Of a stretch of 64,000 nucleotides of DNA, positions 57,157-64,000 are shown piece by piece; within the stretch, counting starts at the first letter, position 1; every line of letters begins with the position of its first letter. A model generated the notes under the pieces. That model searched no databases. It saw nothing but the letters and a program-made list of their open reading frames with translations, and was not told where the DNA came from. The translations under genes were made by a program, and so were the position numbers. The DNA is from a bacterium (GTDB lineage Bacteria; UBA8248), in contig OZ241326.1 in assembly GCA_965199855.1 (NCBI GenBank), positions 1,600,001-1,664,000 on the forward strand, in the 5' to 3' direction.

Positions 57157-57679
57157 TCATTCGTTCCGCCCCTCCGCCAGCAACTTCGGCTCATCGCCCG
57201 AATTGTCATACAAGGCCCACGCGTCAACAAGGTCTCGATAGAGTTTCTCGAAGTTGCGCCGCCCGGCGTGGAACCGTCTGCGGATCACCGCCTCGGGCGC
57301 GTCGTGGCCTCCTTCCGAGACGCGCTGCGCGACGCGCCCGACAGCGAGCCCGGGCGTCGCCAGCCGCAGGAAGGACAGATGAACGCGGTAGCCCCGCTTT
57401 CACCAGCGGGGAATCCGGCGCGCGTGGCCGCGCCCGCTCAGCGTCGTCTCGAAGACGAAACTCTCGTCACGCGATGCGTATTCGCTCCAGCATCCGCCTG
57501 CCGGCCTCGACGCCGGGCAGGTTCGGATGAAAGGGGCTCAGCCCGGCCGCGATGAGATCGGCGTTGATGAAAGCGGGGCAGTCCGCCTCGTTCGGCGGAA
57601 ATTCCGTGGCGAACGTCGTTTTGCCCGCGCCGTTCGGCCCGGCGATGATGAATATCTTTTTGTCGCTCGCGTCCGCCAA
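57157..57679 (-). pseudogene. Zeta-toxin-like/AAA P-loop protein, disrupted
   Basis: [12 protein letters not shown] and [14 protein letters not shown], a frameshift near 57467 into ESFVFETTLSG, a TGA near 57400, then RVSEGGHD.PE.VIRRRF...YDNSG. Confidence 0.85.
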
Positions 57680-57708
57680 AGCCGGCCCCCGCCCAGTCTC
57701 CGCCCCCG

Positions 57709-58812
57709 CTAGGTGAAGCGCATGGGGTCGTAGGGCGCGGGGTCGAGCGGAGGAGCGGCGCCCAGGTAGAGCGCCGCCGCCAGCCGCGCGCTCGCGGGCG
57801 CGGGCCCGATGCCCGAGGGCCCGTGCCCGGCGCAGAAGTAGAGCCCCTCGAGAGCGCCCTGGCCGATGAGGGGCAGGTAGTCGGAGGAGGTGGGCCGGAA
57901 GCCGCTCCAGGTCTCCTCGATGGCGCACGAGGCGATGGAGGGGGCGACCCGCGCCCCCTCGCGCAGCAGCCAGGAGAGGCCGCCCACCGTCAGCCTCGGA
58001 TCCTCGCCGGCGAACTCGCGCGTGGCGCCCAGGAGAACGCGCCCGTCGGCGCGGGGGACGAGATAGGGATCGCTGACGGTCAGCGCCACGCGCCCGAGGC
58101 CGAGGGCGCGGGCGTCCAGGGAGACCATCTGCCCGCGCTGGGGTGTGATGGGCGGGCGCGGGGAGGCGCCGGGCAGGCTGCGGCTGCCGACGCCCGCGCA
58201 GACGAATACGGCGGGCGCCTCGTGGACGCCGTCGTCCGCGCGAACGCCCGTGACCCTGCCGTCCTCGCTCAGGATTTCCTCCGCCGCGCGGCCCGCGATG
58301 ATCTCCACCCCCTGGCGCCGGCAGGCGAGCTCGAGGGCGGGCCCCAGCTTGCGGACTTCCAGGTTTCCGCCCGAGACGAGCAGCGCCCCCGCGAGCGCGT
58401 CCGAGAGGCAGGGCTCCTCGCTTCGCAGGACGGCGGGCGGCATCCACTCGGTGTCGCCCCATTCGCGGGCGCGGGCCTTCTTCTGAATGGCCTCCGCCTC
58501 CGCCTCGTCCAGGGCGAGGAGCAGGACGCCGGTGGGGCGGTATTCGAGGTCGGCTCCGCTCTCCTCGGCGATGGCGTTCGCCAGAAGGGGCCATTCCTCG
58601 AAGGAGGCGGTTCTGAGCCTGAGGCCCGGCGCGCCCGCCACGTCGGCGGAGCCGCTCGTGCCGTGGGCGGAGATGATGCCCGCCGATGCCCAGGTCGCGC
58701 CCGCTCCCGGCCGGCTCTTTTCGATGACGGCGACGCTTCGGCCCGCCCTGCGGAGCTCCCTGGCCGTGAGGAGGCCCATGACGCCGCCGCCGATGATGAT
58801 AGCGTCTCGCAT
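57709..58812 (-). CDS. Glycine oxidase ThiO-like FAD-dependent oxidoreductase
   Basis: From ATG 58812: [29 protein letters not shown] and WSGFRP motifs. Confidence 0.82.
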   Translation of the reverse strand: MRDAIIIGGGVMGLLTARELRRAGRSVAVIEKSRPGAGATWASAGIISAHGTSGSADVAGAPGLRLRTASFEEWPLLANAIAEESGADLEYRPTGVLLLALDEAEAEAIQKKARAREWGDTEWMPPAVLRSEEPCLSDALAGALLVSGGNLEVRKLGPALELACRRQGVEIIAGRAAEEILSEDGRVTGVRADDGVHEAPAVFVCAGVGSRSLPGASPRPPITPQRGQMVSLDARALGLGRVALTVSDPYLVPRADGRVLLGATREFAGEDPRLTVGGLSWLLREGARVAPSIASCAIEETWSGFRPTSSDYLPLIGQGALEGLYFCAGHGPSGIGPAPASARLAAALYLGAAPPLDPAPYDPMRFT

Positions 58813-58935
58813 GAAGCGCCTTTCTCGCTCGCGCGTCCGTTCGGACGCCGCCGCAAGGGGGACGTTGGCGCGGAGGATTCGATTTATAGCATGGAGGCTT
58901 CCCCCTCCCGCAAGCGGGCAGCCGGGGCGGCGGGC

Positions 58936-58968
58936 AAAAAAACGGCGGCCCGGGCCGGGCCGCCGTTT
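58936..58968 (-). terminator. Intrinsic terminator after the cold-shock gene
   Basis: AAACGGCGGCCCG/CGGGCCGCCGTTT stem followed by a U-tract on the minus strand. Confidence 0.75.
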
Positions 58969-58993
58969 GTGGCGCCGTCTCGATGCGGCGTCT

Positions 58994-59212
58994 CTATTCT
59001 TCCTCGGCCGCGCCCCCCTTCGTGACGTTGGCCGCCTGGAGCCCTTTCGGGCCCTGGACAATTTCGAAGTTCACGTTCTGTCCTTCCTCCAGGGTCTTGA
59101 AGCCGTCTCCCTGGATGGCGGAGAAGTGAACGAAGACGTCGTCACCGTCCGCTTGCGAAATGAAGCCGTACCCCTTTGCGTCGTTGAACCACTTCACTGT
59201 TCCTTCTGGCAC
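58994..59212 (-). CDS. Cold-shock protein
   Basis: From GTG 59212: [15 protein letters not shown] (RNP1) and VFVHFSAI (RNP2); GGAG RBS. Confidence 0.96.
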   Translation of the reverse strand: MPEGTVKWFNDAKGYGFISQADGDDVFVHFSAIQGDGFKTLEEGQNVNFEIVQGPKGLQAANVTKGGAAEEE

Positions 59213-59443
59213 TTGCTCATCTCCTGCGAATTTGGAAATGGGGGAGAGATGGATCGGGAAGGATGCTTCACTCCGGCAACATTTCCAGAAAACCTGAGTT
59301 GGCCGCGCCAACCGCGACCGTTGGACATTCTTATATCAAACTACGCGCCGCCTTGCAACCTCCTAATTTCTTATGTAGCAAGTTTTCTCCAAAGCGGGTG
59401 AAAGGCGCCGCGCGCGCCGGTTCGGAGGGGAGGGGCGACGTCG

Positions 59444-59992
59444 ATGGGCCGTCTGAGGGAAACGCCGCCGGAGCGGATGACGGAGGCGCAGAGGAAGCTC
59501 CATGACGAAATCGCCGCGGGCCCCCGGGGAGGGGCGCGGGGACCCTTCCTCGCGTGGCTCAAGAGCCCGGCCTATCTCGAAAGGCTGGAGAAGACGGGGC
59601 GCTACCTGCGCTACGATACGCTGTTCGAGCCCCGGCTGAGCGAGTTCGCGATTCTGATTACCGCCCGCTTCTGGCGCTCGCAATACGAGTGGTACGCCCA
59701 TGCGCCCCTGGCAGCGAAGGCGGGGCTTTCGCCCGACGTCATCGAGGCGGTTCGGGAGAACAGGCGGCCCGCCGGAATGGCCGCGGACGAGGAGGCGCTT
59801 TACGATTTCTGCAAGGCGCTGCACGAGGAGCATTTCGTCCCGGATGAAATTTATGAAGGAGCGCTCGCGCTCTTCGGGGAGCGCGGTCTGGTGGAGCTGA
59901 TCGGCCTCATCGGGCATTACACGACCGTCTCCATGACGCTCAACGCATTCGAGATGGAGGCGCCGGAGGGCGAGGAGCCTCCGCTCGGGTAA
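59444..59992 (+). CDS. Carboxymuconolactone decarboxylase family protein (no CxxC)
   Basis: RGPFLAWLKSP, EFAILITAR and YEWYAHAPLA motifs. Confidence 0.85.
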   Translation: MGRLRETPPERMTEAQRKLHDEIAAGPRGGARGPFLAWLKSPAYLERLEKTGRYLRYDTLFEPRLSEFAILITARFWRSQYEWYAHAPLAAKAGLSPDVIEAVRENRRPAGMAADEEALYDFCKALHEEHFVPDEIYEGALALFGERGLVELIGLIGHYTTVSMTLNAFEMEAPEGEEPPLG

Positions 59993-60073
59993 AGGCCCCG
60001 GGCGCGCCGCCCGCCTTGGGGCCGCGGCGCCGATGAGCGCGCCGGGAAAGTTCGTTTCGGGAAAGGGAGCCGC

Positions 60074-61072
60074 ATGAGGGATCGTCTCGGTTTCTGGCTT
60101 CTCTCGTTCACGGATATTTCATTCCGGGGCATGGCGGAGGCCGCGAGGCTCGGGGAGGAGCTGGGCTACGCCCGCGTCTATGCGACGGAATCCCTCACGG
60201 ACGCCCTCGCCATCAACCAGCTGATGGCGACTTATACTTCGGAGATAGAAATCGGCAGTTCCGTCGCCATCATCTACCTGCGCCACGCCTCCATGGCCGC
60301 CCAGGGCGCCGCGGCCATCAATGAGATCTCCGGCGGCCGCTACATTCTGGGTCTGGGCCTCGGGCATCCGCCGCGCGTCAGGGCGATGGGAATAGAGCCG
60401 GGGAATCCGCTCGCGGACATGCGGAAATACGTCGGCGAGGTGAGGGGGGTGCTGGAGGGCGAATCCGTGTATCCGCTACCCCTTCAGACCTATCAGGGGA
60501 AGGAGCTGAAGTTCAGGCGCTCGAAATATCCGACGCGGATATTCATGGCGGCCGTCGGCCCCGGGATGACGGCGCTCGGCGGGGAGATAGCCGACGGTCT
60601 GCTGCCCTACATGGTTCCGCTCTCGCGGATGGGCGCCTACCTGGAGGCGAGAAGCAAGGGGGCGCAGCGCGCGCGCAGAGACCCGCGTGAGGTCGAAATC
60701 GACCTTGGCGTCCATACCTTCCTCTCCGGGGACCTCGCCCTCGCCAGGGAGACCGCCCGCCAGACCCTCACGTATTGGCTGGGACTTCCCGCCTACAACC
60801 GCTCGATTCGGGAAAGCGGCTACGAGGAGGAGGCGGCGCGCATCAAGGCGGCCTTCGAGCGCGGCGATCAGAAGGCGCTGAGAGAGGGCATCACCGACGC
60901 GGTCATCGACGAGTTCTGCATCGTCGGCCCGCCGGAGAGGTGCCGGGAGCGTCTGGCCGCATTCCGGGAGGCGGGGGCGGACCTGCCGGTTCTGATGATA
61001 GACCCGACGCCGGCGGGCGCGGACTACCGGGAGGCGGTCGAGAGCGCGCTCAAGGCGCTGGCGCCGCGATGA
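60074..61072 (+). CDS. LLM-class flavin/F420-dependent oxidoreductase
   Basis: EELGY, ISGGRYILGLGLG, AAVGPGM..LGGEIADG and GPPERCRERL motifs. Confidence 0.88.
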   Translation: MRDRLGFWLLSFTDISFRGMAEAARLGEELGYARVYATESLTDALAINQLMATYTSEIEIGSSVAIIYLRHASMAAQGAAAINEISGGRYILGLGLGHPPRVRAMGIEPGNPLADMRKYVGEVRGVLEGESVYPLPLQTYQGKELKFRRSKYPTRIFMAAVGPGMTALGGEIADGLLPYMVPLSRMGAYLEARSKGAQRARRDPREVEIDLGVHTFLSGDLALARETARQTLTYWLGLPAYNRSIRESGYEEEAARIKAAFERGDQKALREGITDAVIDEFCIVGPPERCRERLAAFREAGADLPVLMIDPTPAGADYREAVESALKALAPR

Positions 61073-62271
61073 GAGCGGACGGCAAGCCCTCTTTGCGGAC
61101 TCTGCCCTGGGCGGGGACGGGCCTCATCTTCTTCACGCATTTCGTGGTGGACAGCCAGGCGAACTTCTTCGCCCCCCTCGTCCCGCTGCTGCGGGAGAAG
61201 CTGGGGATGAGCATCACCACGGTCGGGTTCCTGATTTCCCTCCAGTCGATAAGCGGCTCCATCTCGCAGCCCCTCACCGGCGTGGTCATCGACAGGTGGC
61301 CCTGGCTGCCCTGGCTCGCCGTCGGCCTCATCGGCAGCTCCCTCGCCTTCACGGCGATCGGCTGGGTGACGAACGTCTATGGTCTGGCCGCCGCCCTCGC
61401 CCTGGGCGGCGTTCTGTTCGGGCTGTGCCATCCGGACATGGCCGCGCGCGCGGGCAGACTGAGCTCCGAACACGCGGGCTTCATCGTCAGCCTGTTCGTC
61501 ACGGGCGGCAGGCTGGGCTTCGCGTTCGGCCCGCTCATCGCCATTTTCATCGCCGAGACGCTGGGCATGGAGCATTTGTGGGTGTTCGTCCTCGTGGCGA
61601 TGGCGGCCATGGCGGGCGTGCGGCTGGGGATGCCCGCGCCTCCCCGCAGGGAGAAGGGGGGAGAAGCCGGGGACGGACGGGAGAGCCTGGCGGCGGCGCT
61701 CCGGCGCGTTCGCGCCCCCATTCTGTTGCTATGCGGCGTGGCCGTCGTCCGGGGAACGACCCTGGCGAACCTGGGGGGATTCCTGCCCGCGGTCTTTTTC
61801 GAGAAGGGCCTGGGACTCTGGCGGGGCGGCATGGCGAACACGATCATTTTCTTCTCGGGCGCCGTCGGGGTGATGCTGGGCGGCATCCTGGGGGACAGAT
61901 ACGGAAAGCCGAGAGTCATCACCATCGGCGTCGGATGCGCCCTGGCCGGGATGCTGGCGTTTCAGCTGCTGCCGCTTGAGTGGTCCTACGCGCCGCTCGC
62001 CGTCATCGGCGCGGGCGTGTTCGCGCCGATGGGAGTGTCCGTCGCCCTGGCGCAGGAGTATCTGCCCCGGCACCGGGGCTTCGCGAGCTCGCTGATGCTG
62101 GGCGGCGGCTGGATATTCGCGGGGCTGACGGCGATCCCCCTTTCCCTGCTCGGGGAGAGAATCGGGATGCTGAACGCCTTCTGGACGATTCCGGCGATTC
62201 TGCTCGCGGGCGTCGTCTTGGCGCTGGCGCTCCAAAGACGTCATCCGGCGCCGCCCGTCGAGGCGGCCTGA
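61069..62271 (+). CDS. MFS transporter (Fsr-like)
   Basis: From ATG 61069 (ATGA overlap): HFVVD, SQPLTG..DR, HP, GGRLGFAFGP and GGILGDRYG motifs. Confidence 0.85.
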   Translation: MRADGKPSLRTLPWAGTGLIFFTHFVVDSQANFFAPLVPLLREKLGMSITTVGFLISLQSISGSISQPLTGVVIDRWPWLPWLAVGLIGSSLAFTAIGWVTNVYGLAAALALGGVLFGLCHPDMAARAGRLSSEHAGFIVSLFVTGGRLGFAFGPLIAIFIAETLGMEHLWVFVLVAMAAMAGVRLGMPAPPRREKGGEAGDGRESLAAALRRVRAPILLLCGVAVVRGTTLANLGGFLPAVFFEKGLGLWRGGMANTIIFFSGAVGVMLGGILGDRYGKPRVITIGVGCALAGMLAFQLLPLEWSYAPLAVIGAGVFAPMGVSVALAQEYLPRHRGFASSLMLGGGWIFAGLTAIPLSLLGERIGMLNAFWTIPAILLAGVVLALALQRRHPAPPVEAA

Positions 62272-62585
62272 GGGGGCGTCCGGCGGAACGAATCCGCAGA
62301 GAGCCGGCCGGGCCTGGCGATGCGGGCTTCACGCCCCGCGCGGCCGGCGCCGTTTCCCGTGGATCAGGGGTTCGTGGTAGGTTTTCCGAAATCGGAAGGT
62401 AAATCGGCGAGCAGCGGATGCGCGGCGGGATGCGAATGCGCCCGGAATCGTGCTAGAATGCCCCGACAAGGGACAGGACAATAACGCGGCGCGCGGCTTC
62501 CGGCTTCGCTTCCAAACGGCGGATTTTCCGCTTTGTTCTCGTGTGGGCGCCTTCGGGCGCGCGGATTCAAAAGGAGGATTTCGCA

Positions 62586-63581
62586 ATGAAGAAGGGGAGC
62601 ATCTCTCTCGTCGCCGCCGCGCTCGCCGCGGCGGTTCTGCTGGCCGCGGCTTCGGCGAGCGCGGCGCCTTTCCGCATCGGACACCATCGCGCCGTGATGG
62701 GCTCCGTCACCGTCGTGGCCTACAAGATGGGCTACTTCGATGAGACCATCGGAAAGGGCAAGTATACGGTCAAGCAGTTTCCCCAGGGCAAGCTGATGCG
62801 CCAGGCGATTCTGGCGAACTCCCTCGACGTGGGCGGCGCGGCGGATCGCGCGTTTCTCTCCGCCATCGCGAAGGGGGCGAACGCGCCCGGCATAGCGAAC
62901 GCCAACTACTGGTGCCGCTCGAACAAGATTCTCACCTCGCCCGGCTCGCCCATCAAGACCCTGCGCGACTTGAAGGGCAAGAGGCTCGGCATCGGCAAGG
63001 CGACGGGCTCGTATTTCACGCTGACGACCTTCATCCTGCCGAAATACGGCCTGAGCGAGAAGGACTTCACCACCGTGAACATGAACACGGACACCCGCAT
63101 GGCGGCGCTCAAGTCCCGCACGGTGGACATGATCGGCCTGAACAACCCCCAGGCGGCCATCGCCATCGACAGGGGCTGGGCGCGCACGGTGGAGACCTAT
63201 TGCAAATACGCGAACAACCTGTGGATTCTCATGGCCAACGGAAAGACCCTGAAGAGCGACAAGGACGCCTACGTGAAGTTTCTGCGGGGCTACATCCGGG
63301 GCATGAGGCTGCACAAGGAGAACCGCGCCAAGTTCTCGAGCGTCTATCTCCGGCACCTCCAGTCGAAGGGCTCGAAGGTGAAGCAGAAAATCGTCGAGGC
63401 TTCCGTCGGCGACCTGGACTTCGGCCTTCTGCCCACCGAGACGGACTACAAGTGGTTCGACTTCATGGGCGAGGTGCTCGTGAAGAAGCGCAAGGCGAAG
63501 CGCGTGGTCGATCTTCGCAAGGAAGGCATGGAGCTGAGCATGGTGAAAAAGGCCATCGCCGCCGAGGGCTGGAAGAACTAG
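62586..63581 (+). CDS. ABC transporter substrate-binding protein (NitT/TauT/SsuA-like)
   Basis: Signal peptide; SPIKTLRDLKGKRLG motif. Confidence 0.82.
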   Translation: MKKGSISLVAAALAAAVLLAAASASAAPFRIGHHRAVMGSVTVVAYKMGYFDETIGKGKYTVKQFPQGKLMRQAILANSLDVGGAADRAFLSAIAKGANAPGIANANYWCRSNKILTSPGSPIKTLRDLKGKRLGIGKATGSYFTLTTFILPKYGLSEKDFTTVNMNTDTRMAALKSRTVDMIGLNNPQAAIAIDRGWARTVETYCKYANNLWILMANGKTLKSDKDAYVKFLRGYIRGMRLHKENRAKFSSVYLRHLQSKGSKVKQKIVEASVGDLDFGLLPTETDYKWFDFMGEVLVKKRKAKRVVDLRKEGMELSMVKKAIAAEGWKN

Positions 63582-63604
63582 AGACTCCAAAGCGCGCGAA
63601 AGCG

Positions 63605-63638
63605 GAAAGGGCCGCGGCTCGCAAGCCGCGGCCCTTTC
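63605..63638. terminator. Bidirectional terminator hairpin
   Basis: GAAAGGGCCGCGGCT-CGCA-AGCCGCGGCCCTTTC is a perfect 15-bp stem between convergent genes. Confidence 0.75.
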
Positions 63639-63693
63639 TCTTCGGCCTTTCGAGGGAGGAGTTGCGCCGCCTTCCCGCTCCCGGCGCCCGCGG

Positions 63694-64000
63694 CTACGAC
63701 GGCTGCCTGACGACCCGGATGTAGGGAAGAGGCGTCTCCCAGCCGTCGGGATATTTCTCCCGCGCCTCCTCGTCCGAGACGGCGGGGAGGATGATCACGT
63801 CCTCGCCCTGCTCCCAGTTCGCCGGCGTCGCCACCTGCTCCTTCGCCGTCAGCTGGCAGGAGTCGAGCAGGCGCAGGATTTCGCCGAAATTCCGGCCGGT
63901 GCTCATCGGGTAGGTGAGCGTCGCCTTGATCCTCTTGTCCGGCCCGATGACGAACACCGAGCGCGCCGTCGCGTTGTGGACGGCCGATCTGCCCTCGGAG
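63694..64000 (-). CDS. 1-Cys peroxiredoxin (Prx6-type), C-terminal part
   Basis: TARSVFVIGPDK...YPMSTGRNF.EILR...VATPANW...PYIR; the 5' end lies outside the window. Confidence 0.9.
   Translation of the reverse strand, partial: SEGRSAVHNATARSVFVIGPDKRIKATLTYPMSTGRNFGEILRLLDSCQLTAKEQVATPANWEQGEDVIILPAVSDEEAREKYPDGWETPLPYIRVVRQPS

Noticed and set aside
57398-57469. In-frame TGAs in the zeta-like gene as recoding sites
   Set aside because: They accompany a frameshift and are not at Cys-type positions, which indicates pseudogene decay.

Overview
High-GC bacterial chromosomal segment with a gene order and metabolic content suggestive of a Deltaproteobacteria/Nitrospinota/Tectomicrobia-like organism; the taxonomy is inference only. 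The left part (1-21.7 kb) is housekeeping: topA, dprA, cpoB/ybgF, rng, a TIGR03960/TIGR03936 radical SAM fusion, rodA-mrdA-mreDCB, a SurA/PpiD chaperone and glgP. A sulfatase sits in opposite orientation inside this run. A sulfur/selenium locus at 23-28.6 kb contains cysK, a ubiquitin-like sulfur carrier ending GG-V, cysM, a JAMM protease and an Rrf2 regulator, under a promoter with an IscR-type operator. It converges on an AhpD/CMD-family gene split by an in-frame TGA that forms a CxxU motif and is followed by a SECIS-like hairpin, i.e. a probable unannotated selenoprotein (best finding). tRNA-Glu(CTC) follows. The rest is accessory metabolism: four PLP enzymes, a TAXI-TRAP transporter, a crotonase, an ACL/SCS-like CoA ligase pair, PhoX with a phased PHO-box array, LLM oxidoreductases and transporters. 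Small AT-richer islets are interspersed. Two restriction-modification pairs have a broken endonuclease but an intact methyltransferase, and a zeta-toxin-like module is decayed. No CRISPR array, rRNA, integrase or transposase was seen.
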